Numbered from the stretch's first letter, positions 1 through 11,254 are shown. The stretch is 44,192 nucleotides of DNA from Octopus bimaculoides (GCF_001194135.2 NC_068996.1:46485694-46529885); one strand, 5' to 3'. The notes: generated by a model not told the origin, from the sequence alone. Numbers and translations are program-made.

Positions 1-329
1 CCCTTCCTTCTGACCAGCAAGTCCCAAATGCTGGTTAAATAATGCATGGTTAAATTCCTCAATTTTTTTTTTTTTTCAAGGTGAAATGAAACATACAGAT
101 AATGCATTTCATTAGAAATATTACAAGTGTTAAGCAACAACCTTACTCTTCAAACACAGATCAATCTCCAGAGATATATTGTTATTTCAGTCAGTATTTA
201 AAGTAAATTCAGTACCAGAATCGGTTCCATTTGATTGATTATGTGAGAATGTATCAAATTATCTCACCTCTTCAAAATATATCGAAATTTCTTTCAGTAG
301 TTTGGACATCTTTTATATACATATATATA

Positions 330-736
330 TACACTCTATAAGATGGTTGGTGTTAGGAAGGGTATCCAGCTGTAAAAACCATACCAAGACAGACAGTGAA
401 GCCTGGTACAGTTTTCTGCCTAGCCATCATCATCATCATTTAATGTCCATTGTCTGTGCTGGTATGGGTTGGACAGTTTGACTGGGCTGGCATGCTGGAA
501 GGCTACACCAGAGTCCAGTCTGATTTGGCAATGTTTCTACAGCTGGATGCCCTTACTAATGCCAACCACTCCAAGAGTGTAATGGGTGTTTTTATGTGCC
601 ACCAGCATGGGTGCCTTTTGCATGACACTGGTATCTGCCACAACTGCAATTTTGCTTGGCTTGATGCATCTTCTTCTCAGTTCTTGTCAAATCATCCAAC
701 CCATGCCAGCAGGGAAAATGGATATTAAATGATGAT
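330..736 (+). mobile_element. RTE-tail non-autonomous retroelement (family A, (GAT)n tail), split by a nested opposite-strand copy at 425-677
   Basis: 330-424 reads ggttggtgttaggaagggtatccagctgta... and resumes at 678 (cagttcttgtcaaatcatccaacccatgccagc...ttaaatgatgat), matching the family A 3' end at 27405-27557. Confidence 0.75.
425..677 (-). mobile_element. Family A RTE-tail retroelement
   Basis: (CAT)n tail at left. Body matches the reverse complement of 27330-27557, including gacactggtatctg..caactgcaattttgct.ggcttgatg.atcttcttctc. Confidence 0.85.
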
Positions 737-790
737 ATATATAATGTATACAGACAGGCAGACGCGTGTGTGTGTGTGTATGTATGTGTG

Positions 791-1186
791 CTCTTTTACT
801 TGCTGGTCATCTGACTGCAGCCATGCTGGAGCACTGCCTTGATGGGTTTTTTGTAAAAATCAACTCCGGAACTTATTTTTTAAGCCTAATACTTATTCTA
901 TTGGTCTCTTTTGCCAAATTGCTAAGTTATGAGGATATAAACACCCACACAGGATGTGATGGGGGGAAAAACACAGACATAAAGACACACACAAATATAC
1001 AGTAATCCCTCAACTATCGCGGGTGTTACATTCTAAACGCGCACCCCCGCCCACGACCAGTAAAAATCCATGAAGTAGAAACAGTACTGTATATATTTTA
1101 TTAATGCTAGACAACACCACGGAGGAATCAACATAAGCTTAAATAATAAACTGATAAGTGAACTGTGATATGGTGAGGGATTACTG

Positions 1187-1221
<35 letters not shown>

Positions 1222-1272
1222 TCTGCCTACCAAATTCAGTTACAAGGCTATAGTAGAAGACACTTGCCTCGG
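791..1272 (-). mobile_element. Family B tRNA-derived SINE with internal (CA/TA)n, interrupted by a MITE
   Basis: Matches 36241-36669 (gccatgctggagca..., cttattct, ctaccaaat, aaggctatagtagaagacacttgcc). The MITE at 1000-1186 sits in its microsatellite. Confidence 0.8.
1000..1186. mobile_element. Tc1/mariner-superfamily (pogo/Tigger-like) MITE
   Basis: Left end CAGTAATCCCTCAACTATCGC. Right end reverse complement CAGTAATCCCTCACCATATCAC. TA on both sides (998-999, 1187-1188). Confidence 0.85.
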
Positions 1273-1290
1273 AATGTAACCACACTGGCA

Positions 1291-1549
1291 CCTGTGGTCA
1301 AGTGGTGTGGTGAGGTGAGGGACAGACACTGATACAAAGACACACGTGTGTGTGTGTGTGTATATATGTGTGTGTGTGTGTATATATATGTGTGTGTGTG
1401 TGTGTGTATGTATATGATGAGCTTCTTTCAGTTTCCATCTACCAAATACACTCGGAAAGGTTTGGTTGGCCCAAGGCTATAGTAGAAGACAACAGCCCAA
1501 GGTGCCACTCAGAGGGACTGAACCCAGAACCATGTGGTTGGGAAGCAGC
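1291..1549 (-). mobile_element. Family B SINE, partial
   Basis: gcttctttcagtttccatctacc...ggactgaacccagaaccatgtggttggg tRNA-like head; internal (TG/TA)n. Confidence 0.8.
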
Positions 1550-1671
1550 ACATGTGTGTGTGTATTGGAAAATCCTGATGAAAGGTTGAAAATGCATTTT
1601 ATATTTCATTTTAAATAAAAATGAGTTTTACTTTTTAATACAAGAGGTAAATAGTTTTGTGTACTATATAT

Positions 1672-1893
1672 CATTATCATCATCATTGTTTAACATCCGC
1701 TTTCCATGCTAGCATGGGTTGGACGATTTGACTGAGGACTGGTGAGCCAGATGGCTACACCAGGCTCCAATCTGATTTGGCAGAGTTTCTACGGCTGGAT
1801 GCCCTTCCTAACACCAACCACTCCAAGAGTGTAGTGGATGCTTTTACGTGCCACTGGCACGAAGGCCAGTCAGGCGATACTGGCAATGGCCAC
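1672..1893 (-). mobile_element. Family A RTE-tail retroelement
   Basis: catcatcattgtttaacatccgctttccatgctagcatgggttggacg... near-consensus. Confidence 0.85.
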
Positions 1894-1904
1894 ATATATA
1901 TATA

Positions 1905-3164
1905 CTAGCAGAAATACCCGGCTTTGCCCGGGTTAAAGAGAATAATGAAATCTAAAAACGCCGTCTAGACTACGCAACCCTCAACTGTTAGTAGCTACGA
2001 TACCATATTTCTACATTAATAACTCTCCAATCCATGCCNNNNNNNNNNNNNNNNNNNNNNNNNNNNNNNNNNNNNNNNNNNNNNNNNNNNNNNNNNNNNN
2101 NNNNNNNNNNNNNNNNNNNNNNNNNNNNNNNNNNNNNNNNNNNNNNNNNNNNNNNNNNNNNNNNNNNNNNNNNNNNNNNNNNNNNNNNNNNNNNNNNNNN
2201 NNNNNNNNNNNNNNNNNNNNNNNNNNNNNNNNNNNNNNNNNNNNNNNNNNNNNNNNNNNNNNNNNNNNNNNNNNNNNNNNNNNNNNNNNNNNNNNNNNNN
2301 NNNNNNNNNNNNNNNNNNNNNNNNNNNNNNNNNNNNNNNNNNNNNNNNNNNNNNNNNNNNNNNNNNNNNNNNNNNNNNNNNNNNNNNNNNNNNNNNNNNN
2401 NNNNNNNNNNNNNNNNNNNNNNNNNNNNNNNNNNNNNNNNNNNNNNNNNNNNNNNNNNNNNNNNNNNNNNNNNNNNNNNNNNNNNNNNNNNNNNNNNNNN
2501 NNNNNNNNNNNNNNNNNNNNNNNNNNNNNNNNNNNNNNNNNNNNNNNNNNNNNNNNNNNNNNNNNNNNNNNNNNNNNNNNNNNNNNNNNNNNNNNNNNNN
2601 NNNNNNNNNNNNNNNNNNNNNNNNNNNNNNNNNNNNNNNNNNNNNNNNNNNNNNNNNNNNNNNNNNNNNNNNNNNNNNNNNNNNNNNNNNNNNNNNNNNN
2701 NNNNNNNNNNNNNNNNNNNNNNNNNNNNNNNNNNNNNNNNNNNNNNNNNNNNNNNNNNNNNNNNNNNNNNNNNNNNAGTATCTGTCATTGCAGTATCGAA
2801 ATGTGATTGTTTCAGTTAGTGGAATGACGTGTACATGTACATCTATATGTATACATATACATCTCTCTTTCTCTTTCTCTTTCTCTCTCTCTCTGAAAGT
2901 ATCTGTCATTACAGTATCGAAATGTGATTGTATTTGACATGAGTGTTTTTGTTTCACTTTTGACACGTAATACTTAAATAGTGGAGGAGATATTATGTTG
3001 CCGTGGGCTCGAACTCTGCAAGAAGTTAAAATTTTTTGACTAAAACACAACTGGAACCCTAAGTAAGGCATGTGTAAAATTTGAATGAAATTGGTTGCGT
3101 AGTTCTCGAGTTTTAGGGATTCACACAGACAGACAGACACACATCTCATTTTTATATATATAGA
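1905..3164 (-). mobile_element. Non-autonomous Helitron (interior partly in assembly gap 2039-2776)
   Basis: On the minus strand: 5' TC start at 3164 preceded by A, (GTCT)n near the 5' end, GC-rich hairpin ACCCGG-CTTTGC-CCGGGT (1916-1933), 3' CTAG at 1905-1908 followed by T. A|T insertion, no TSD. Confidence 0.8.
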
Positions 3165-3407
3165 TATATAACAAATGGAAAACAGAAGATGGAATATACA
3201 AGAATATATTATTAATCACATCTAGCTTCAACTCCTCTTGTAGAGCACTCAACAACTGGTTCAGGAGTATCCGGCGGTGCAGACGTATCTCATCGGGTGA
3301 TAAATATATTTTAAAGAAAACTCGTTAAAATGACTGCACCATAATGCAACTTTCTGTTTTTAGAGAGAAAAAGCAGCTAGACGGAGGAAAATTCTTCATA
3401 TATATAT

Positions 3408-3588
3408 CATCATCATCATCAGCATCATCGTTTAACGTCTGCTTTCCATGCTAGCATGGGTTGGACGATTTGATTGAGGACTGGTGAAACCGGATGGTTA
3501 CACCAGGCTCCAATCTAATTTGGCAGAGTTTCTACAGCTGGATGCGCTTCCTAACGCCAACCACTCAGAGTGTAGTGGGTGCTTTTCT
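3408..3588 (-). mobile_element. Family A RTE-tail retroelement
   Basis: Near-consensus body flanked by ATATATATAT (3398-3407, 3589-3598), a probable TSD in a TA run. Confidence 0.85.
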
Positions 3589-4206
3589 ATATATATATAG
3601 AAGATCCAAAAATAAAATTTCAGAAGACAAAAAGAGAAATGAATGCTTAATCTAGTGAGAAAAGAGTTTTTGTGCTGCTGTCAAATGGAAGGCAGACATT
3701 AAATGTTGATGATGATGACTGTAGTCAAGAGGTTTTCATTTACAAGAAATATGTGTCTGTATGTGAATATATATTATATGAATATTTAGCAGAAGTAACA
3801 GAGTGAGTCAAGGTCCAAGACTTTTGTGTGTTGACACTTACCAAACTATTAAAAATTTACATATACTATATTTCTTGTTTGCACCAACATACCTGTGTGT
3901 GTGTGTCGCCAGCTTAATTTAATTTGTCATTAGTCGAAAGACACCTGTTGTTAATGTCCATATTTGTATTTGTGTACCATTTCTCCGGTTTTTTTCCGTC
4001 CTTGTTTTCATATACATTCGCTGCTTTCTTCCAAGGAATCTAGTGCTCTTAGCTTAGTTTTTCCTTTGGGCTGGCCAGATTGGAGTAATCTCAAGTATAA
4101 CCAGCTGAAATTGCCAAACAGAATCTGGAACTTGACTGAAGAAAGAAAACTCCAAATGACCCGACCTGTTTTGTATCGTCTGTCTGGATGTTTTGTTGTC
4201 CCATTT

Positions 4207-4300
4207 TTGGAGCCTGGTGTTGCCATCCGGTTTCACCAGTCCTCAGTCAAATCGTCCAACCCATGCTAGCATGGAAAGCGGACGTTAAACGATGATGATG
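4207..4300 (+). mobile_element. Family A RTE-tail retroelement, 5'-truncated
   Basis: ttggagcctggtg...ggacgttaaacgatgatgatg; about 4 mismatches in 90 nt to the reverse complement of 3423-3513. Confidence 0.85.
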
Positions 4301-4548
4301 GTATTCCTTTATATATATATAAATTTAACTGTTTTGCATTCAGATTATTCTGTCAAATATAATGTTTATTTATTCACATTTTGTTTTGTTTTTTTAAATT
4401 ATGCATTCTCATGGTGTTGAGATTTTCCTGAGATGACTGTTTATTTTTGGAATGACGAAGGATAAGCATAAGAAGCTGGATCTGGCCAGTTTGGATGAAA
4501 AAAATGTCAAGAACTATCCATTAAACAATAATTATATTTCTATTCTAG

Positions 4549-4698
4549 TTTCTGGAAAAAGAGATCAAGACCAACATTGAAAATGAAGTATCATCCGTGG
4601 CCATTTCAAATGAAGCAAAGAAGTTTCATATTGTCAAGTTAAGTAAACAAGCCGCTGGAAGAATAGCAAAAAAGAAGAAACAGAAAGGCAAAAAATAA
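4549..4698 (+). CDS. Candidate terminal coding exon of an unidentified host gene (FLEKEIKTNIENEVSSVAISNEAKKFHIVKLSKQAAGRIAKKKKQKGKK*)
   Basis: Acceptor tatttctattctAG (4547-4548), 49 open codons in phase 0, TAA at 4696-4698, AATAAA at 4701-4706, non-repetitive sequence. I recognise no homologue. Confidence 0.45.
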   Translation, partial: FLEKEIKTNIENEVSSVAISNEAKKFHIVKLSKQAAGRIAKKKKQKGKK

Positions 4699-4734
4699 GG
4701 AATAAAACTTTAAAAAATAATTTATAATTTTGAT

Positions 4735-4775
4735 TTTTATTATTATTATTATTATCATTATTATTATTATTATTC
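4735..4775. repeat. (ATT/ATC)n microsatellite
   Basis: Direct inspection. Confidence 0.9.
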
Positions 4776-4849
4776 ATACTGGCTGGACATTTGTTGTATT
4801 GCTTGTAAGTTTCTGTTTATTTGTATCTCCAAAAGTTAATTGTTTGTGT

Positions 4850-5515
4850 TAGAAAATGCATGTTGAAGCCACCGGTATTACATAGAGCTGGTTTGTTTGT
4901 TTGTAAGTGCCCCTTTGGAGGATTAAATTTGAAAAAAATTTTCATTTTGTTTTGAGGAAAAAATAATTTCAAAAACAAACATGGCAATGTCCACTCTGTC
5001 CAGTGACATTGGAGAGGAAGTCAGAGGTAGTTCTGATTGAGGGTTGTAATACACACCATGTCCTCCACCTTCAACTGTCAAATGGAAGGAGAGATGAACA
5101 CTCACCAAGTCCAAAGTGTAGTGGACCACACTACTACTATGAGGTTAACAGCAGCAGCAGTGGCAAGAATGATAGTGTAACACAGGAATTTTAACTCCGA
5201 CTATGAAATTGACTCCCCCACCATTGAAAGCAGCAATATCACAGGCATCAAGCAATAGCAATGTCATCTTCACCACCACCACTGCTACTACAACAATTAT
5301 GGCAAAAGGTAGAACCAGAAACAAGCCAGAGCAGCACAAATGTTTCCTCTATGGATTGCAATAACACGAGAACAACAACAGCAATACATTCGCAGCAACT
5401 GTTGCTAAAGTTACTGAACTGTATATGGATATCCTGCAAAGAGATGCATGTCTGGCCCAAGCTTCCAAACTCATCAAATTCAAAAACGTTGCTCCCTTCT
5501 TTCCTGACGTGTTAG
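4850..5515 (+). mobile_element. L1/Tx1-type LINE 5' UTR and decayed ORF1 start (copy 1)
   Basis: aaacaaacATGGC at 4981. 4870-5230 aligns with 6075-6380 (shared ccctccaccttcaac, aaatggaagg.gag.tgaacac). The Tx1 assignment rests on copy 2. Confidence 0.55.
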
Positions 5516-6069
5516 CAGAAACACAAAAATATATGTAATATATGAATGCTTTTCCATAAACACAAAGCAGCGTCAGACAAACATAGAATTAGATATAAGG
5601 ATATGGTGAAACAATAACTAAAATCCCTACAGTTAAATTAAGCTGTAAGACAATGTCTTGGGGAAAGTTGTTGTTTGGAGATCGATCTGAGTGGCTTAAA
5701 ATGTGTTTGAGTTGAAGAAACAGAACAATAATAAAAGAACTGTACCCTGCAATCAACAGACATTTGCCTAATTCCAAGCAAATCAAAATCTTCATTGTTG
5801 CCATTGTGACTTCATAGAAAAATCCTTTCCTGGACCCAAATTACATTTACAAATCCATCAGAAATAGATGCAGCTTTTAAAAAAAAATTTTTTTTTTTTA
5901 GTCATAAATCTGTTCCTTCACACACTTGTATATTGAAATCAACGGTAGTCACCATTATTATTAATGTTGTTATTTGTACTAGTTGAATGCATGCCTTTTT
6001 TTGTTCTCGTAAGTTTTTGCCTTTAATTTTTGTCTCCAGAAGTTGTTTATTTTGTTATAAAACGTTTGT

Positions 6070-7680
6070 CAAAACCACCACCTTTGCATAGGTTTGGTTG
6101 GTTTCATTGTTTGTGTCCCTTTGCAAGCTCAAATCTAAAAAGTGAATATTTTTTGAAAAAAACAAACATGGCAAAGCCATCTTTGATAGTGAGGTACAAG
6201 ACATGGTAATGCCCTCCACCTTCAACCCACAAATGGAAGGGGAGGTGAACACCCACTAAGTTCAAAGTTCAGTGGATAAACAGTACCTTTATGGCAACAA
6301 ACAACAGCAGCATCAGTCACGTCACAGCTCAGGAATTAAATTCCAATTTTGAGTTCCCTTCAATTAATGAGACTGTACCTAAGTTGTCAATCAATAGCCG
6401 GTCGACAAGCACAGCCACAACCTACTCCACCATTACAATAAAAATTATGATGAAGGGGAAACAAAAACAGTTGCCTCAACAACTTAAATGGCAGCAATAT
6501 TTCCATTGTGAATGACAACAATACATTTACAGCAGTAGCTATGAACAGCATGGCAGAAGGATGTGCGTCTGATCCAAGCAGCCAAATTGTTAATGCTAGA
6601 TAAAGTGTGGGCTGATGTTGCCACCCCTCTATACCCATATTGTTGGCATAAACACACACAAGAAAAAAGGTTATTTATAAATGTGTTTCTATAAGCATGA
6701 TACAACCAGAGACGGCTAGTCAGGCAGATGTAGAAGGTGAGCTGAAGGAGATAATACCTGACATTCGGCTTATCTTGAGGACGAGTTTGCAGTCATTTCA
6801 AGCTTGAAATTCTGGCCACCTGAGGTTCCATAGTTCCCTGTTGGACCAGCAATTAAATGTGTTCCTCCCATCATATTTAGGAAGGAGGATGGTGCAGATA
6901 AAGATCTCAGGAATTCCATTTTATCATGTATCATTTTGGAAGGAGTAATAGCCTCTTGTAGGGGAAGTGGGTCCATTGTGAAAATTGGCCTGGGGTCAGT
7001 GTGGAGCTGCTACTCTACATTGAACTAGATGCAATCCATTAGATCCAAAACCTCATTTCCCTTCCAGGAATGGAAGAGCTATATGTAACAGTTGAGGGTA
7101 GAAATTCACAGGAATATGTGGGGAGGCAGGCTACTTGGGGGTTTTCCACCCCCAACAGAAGACTGGTCCATGGAACTTACCTACTAATTTCAGGTCCCTA
7201 AAAGCCACAACAACCAAACCAACAGTAGTTAACAAATGATGGAAGATCATTAATGCTGACAATGACGACCACCTTCAGCAGCAAAAGGAATAACAAACAC
7301 AGAACAACCCATGGCTCTCCCATTCTCTCCTCCTCTCCGTCTTTTCCAAACTCAAATGCAACCCGATTCCACAGACACAAATTCATCTGCATCATGCAGT
7401 GAACATGAGGGGGAAACCCCAAAGACCAGGAAGAAAACAAAACATCATGTCTCACACCAAAAAAGCATAGAAAACACACCCAAAACAGCCTCAGCATCTC
7501 CAACACCTCCAGCTCTATAGTCAACATATCCACCACCATACTAACCACTCCACCAACACTACAACAACTGCAAGAAATCACCCCCAACTACAACAACCAA
7601 CAACACACATGCTAGTGAGAAAGGCCAATAAAGAATTTGAAGTGATAAATTCCAGACCACATCGTACCCTAGGCCATGCT
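6070..7680 (+). mobile_element. L1/Tx1-type LINE ORF1 (gag-like), decayed (copy 2)
   Basis: aaacaaacATGGC at 6168; S/T/Q-rich N-terminus; ...MVQIKISGIP...LISLPGMEELYVTVEGR followed by a degenerate knuckle-like CGEAGYL near 7117; S/T/K-rich C-terminus ending MLVRKANKEF. Multiple stops and frameshifts. Confidence 0.6.
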
Positions 7681-7801
7681 GACTAACATTATTTTGTAGT
7701 GAATGAAATTACCTGAAAATTCACAGATACTATTATTTTGATCTAAATAACAACTGAAAAGTATTTCATTGAAATGCGTTTGATATTTCCTGAAATAGTA
7801 A

Positions 7802-9829
7802 CTGTCAGTTATAACGGACATTAGGCACTGTGCATATGAATCTTTAATAAGCTTGTTAACTTTGCAATTTACTTATTTAGAGGCTAATTAAAGTATTATA
7901 TCTGACCATAACTTTATTGTGAAAATAATTTCTGTTCACATAAATAAGATATCATGGAAAACTGAAAATTTATTTAGTAAAATATATCCTTTTGAAATGA
8001 AACTATGCAGCTTTACTGAACATGATACTTGAAACATTTGGAATGAACTCCTACATCACATTTTTTACATATGAAATGACTTTTCCCAGAGCGCTCTTTG
8101 CATCTCCTTGCATTTGGAATATATTCAGTCCAATGCCCAACACCATCATATCTTGCATTGTCTTTCAAACGGGCAGTTGTGCGTTTTCTTTCAAACTTTG
8201 GAGTGCCATATTTTTTCAATAGAGTTAAAGAAATGTTTTCGACGAAATTGTATCATGTAATTTTGTGCCTTGCTCTATTCATCAAAGATGCATGCATTTT
8301 GGGTTGCCACACACACAAAATATGAAAAAGAGGCCACCACCATTTATTTTGCTGCATTCGAATCCTATAGGAACCAATGTTATGATCCAGAAGGTCAACA
8401 AATCGCATATATTTGTTGTATTTTTGGATGCTTTCAGGCTGTGGAATTGGAACCTATTTCTTTTGAGGCCTGTCATAGCACTCAACAGTGGACATTTTAT
8501 AGGTTTAAGTTTGATAGCAGAACGACATCGTTATCTTTTCATTTCACAACAACTATATTTGAAGTCAGCTGTTCCTCTGGGGCATGCTTTCATTTCAGTT
8601 TTTGTTTTGAAAGAACAACTAGCTGCCCTATTTTCTCAGCAAGTTCCCCACGCACATATACCTTTCTCGAAAAGTTTCTCCATCCGTTGAATACTCGTGA
8701 AATAGGTATCAAAAATTATTTTCAGACCCCTAATGTCTGGTTCTCCTACAACATCAGTGAGATCAAGGACAACATTCCCACCTAGGCCAAATGCATTTTC
8801 GGTTTTATTGGGACCGTCTTTCTTGCCAGTGTAGAGGTCAAAAGCATACATATATCCATGCTGAGAACAAAGGGCCTAAACTTTGAAACCAAACCGAATT
8901 GGTTTCCCTTTTATAAATTGCTTGGCATAGCGCTTGCCATAATATGGGATCATACTTTCGTCAACAAAAAGATGTTGTCCCTTGAATTTTTTTTGTAAGT
9001 GGTCAAAAAGAGGTCTGAGTTTGAATGCACAATCGTCTCCTGAAGCATTGACATCATCCACTAAATGGATATTTCTCAATATATTCTCAAATCTGTTTTG
9101 CCTCATGCTATTTTGTAAAATTTTGGGAACATTGTCTTCAGATGACCAATACCTTCTTTTATTAGGAAGTGGACAGTGAGCTGATAAGCAATCCACCAAA
9201 GAATACATACAGCTCCGGTTTGCATACATTCAGAACTTTACCTTTTTGAACAGCTTATCGATTTGTTCGTTCTACAATGTCATCTAGTAATTCATCTGTG
9301 AAGAACCAACTAAAGAAATCTACCGGATTTCAGCAAGATTTTGCTTCCTCGGATATATCTAAAGGCTCAAATGAAGTTGAAACACGATTCACCGCTTCGT
9401 TTTTCTTCTAATTTCTTGTTTTACTGAATTTAGTTTGTTTTAGATTTCCTGTAACTTCTTCAGACAAATCCTGTCGACAAGAAATTTGTGCATCAGTTTC
9501 CAAAAGCCCCCTTTTCAGTCGAACCGAGGAACCTACCTCATCATCTGAAGCATCACTATCACCATCGGACAGTTCTATATTGTGAGAGAGAGACCCATGT
9601 GAACATCGCCTCCATTGCTCAGCTCTTCCAACAATGCTAGGGCTTCTGAAAGAAAAAATTACAATGATATAGAGATGTGTGATCACAAAATTTATAAATA
9701 AAAACCAGAAACTAGTTCATATATATAATATTGGCTATTTATAATGTGAAGCTATATCAACACGCATGAAATATTAGGTGTGTTGTTTTATGTCCAAGTT
9801 GCTGCGGATTTCCATTATAACGGACAGGG
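7802..9829 (-). mobile_element. piggyBac-superfamily transposon, inactive (PGBD2/3-like transposase pseudogene, about 8013-9560)
   Basis: Minus-strand motifs VDESMIPYYGKRYAKQFIKGKPIRFGFK (D 8960-8962), FDTYFTS (D 8708-8710), YNKYMRFVDLLD (D 8394-8396), C-terminal RYDGVGHW...RRC...CKKCDVGVHSKCF..YH. Imperfect inverted repeat 7802-7821 / 9808-9827 (17/20). TTAA ends not preserved. Confidence 0.9.
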
Positions 9830-10144
9830 TGTTATATTTTATTTTGTTTGACATACATCTCAAATGGTGACAAATATTGGTCATCTCACCTATAATCATA
9901 AAAGAAACCACAATAATGCCTACAGAATTAAATAATTGGAAATAACTGGCTTACCATTTACTGCATGTCTTGCTTGTACTTGCCATGTTGCACAACTGTG
10001 GTTGTCACAAGTTACGGTTCAAGCAGACTACATATGCATTAAGAGCATGTTTCATTCTTTGATACAGGTCATACACAAAGGGAGGATTGGCATGAATGGG
10101 TTACTGTAAAAGTCATGAATAAGCTTCTAACCTTTTAGCATTTA

Positions 10145-10435
10145 AATTATTCAGTCATAAGGGACATGATGACAAGCTGCACGAGGGAGATATTTCTGGG
10201 TCTGGATGATCTGCCCTTTGAGCTTTATCTTCGTATGCCAGACTTGTTCAGTGATTTCTTGGACGTCTACCACAATTGGTAGCAGAATAAGAGAATGCCC
10301 TGTGCTGTGAGCTGTGGTATGGTGATGCTGTTGAGATAGGAGCCGAATGAGGGGGACCAAATAGTCAAGTTTAGGCCTATAACTGTGCTGCACGCAGTTT
10401 ATAAGAGTTTGACCAAGGTGTTAGACAAGAGGTAT
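10145..10435 (+). mobile_element. L1/Tx1 ORF2 RT N-terminal fragment
   Basis: Plus frame ...LGLDDLPFELYLRMPDLF...VYHNW*QN...FRPITVLHAVYKSLTKVLDKR. Confidence 0.85.
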
Positions 10436-10441
10436 TTGTCA

Positions 10442-10800
10442 GTCTTTTCTAAACTCCAATGCATACATAGACATGCACCCCAATTCCACAAACACAGATT
10501 CATCTGCATCGTGCAGTGAACATAAGGGGGAAACCCCAAAGACCAAGAAGAAAACAAAACATCATGTCTCACAAAAAAAGCATAGAAAACACAGCCACAA
10601 CAGTCACAGAATCCTCAACTCCTCCAGCACCACAGTCAACACATCCACCACCATCACAACAACTGCAACAAACCACGAAAAGAAGCAACCATCCACACAA
10701 ACAAACTTCATGCTAGTGAGAAAGGCCAACAAAGAATTGATGGGCCTCAGAGCACAATTGAAGGACATCAAGAAAGAGGGCATGATCTTTCACACCAGTT
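10442..10800 (+). mobile_element. L1/Tx1 ORF1 C-terminal fragment, paralogous to 7328-7637
   Basis: Shared ttcatctgcatc.tgcagtgaacat.agggggaaaccccaaagacca.gaagaaaacaaaacatcatgtctcac and catgctagtgagaaaggccaa.aaagaatt. Confidence 0.7.
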
Positions 10801-10859
10801 CTTTTCAAGTGCCAGAAACACTGATAATGGTGTGAATATCTCTGTGCTGGCTCTCAAGT

Positions 10860-11215
10860 AATTAGTAAGTTGGATGTTTTGAGGGGCATTGCATGTCAAA
10901 TAGGATATGGAATGTTTGGGTCAGCATATGCAGACAATATCAAAATCAAGGTGGTTAGTATTACATTAGTATGAAGTGGTGACTGGAGTAAAGATTAATC
11001 AGAAGTTAGTGAGTCTGTAGTTTGGCACCTGAAGCATCTCTACGTCTGACAACATCATAGGATACTGGACCAAAGGACTGGTTAAATTGCTCAAGATCTG
11101 GTTAAGTCAAAACTTTCAAATGGACAAGAACTGATGATGAGCAAGGTGGCCAGTTTCACCCAGAAATTAACAAAGAGGAAACTGTCCCTACAAGATCAGG
11201 CAGTGTTAACTATCA
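10860..11215 (+). mobile_element. L1/Tx1 ORF2 RT core fragment
   Basis: SAYADNI (YADD motif), GVKINQKLVSL, MDKN...KVASFTQKLTKRKLSL; colinear with 14020-14340. Confidence 0.75.
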
Positions 11216-11254
11216 CCATCAGAAAAAGCAAATGTTTTACTATTTTCCTTATAT

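Noticed and set aside
1988-3149. Long ORFs of 261-377 aa in the ORF track
   Set aside because: They consist mostly of X residues from the assembly gap 2039-2776. The same applies to ORFs over gaps 24719-25218, 33889-33973, 34732-35110, 38409-38606, 40132-40231 and 42547-43170.
5589-5804. 71-aa hydrophobic ORF as a signal-peptide protein
   Set aside because: No recognisable family, poor context in AT-rich DNA between TE fragments, and a length compatible with chance.
8013-9560. Domesticated PGBD host gene or exon-trap fusion
   Set aside because: Multiple in-frame stops and frameshifts and a deletion in the core; no intact frame.
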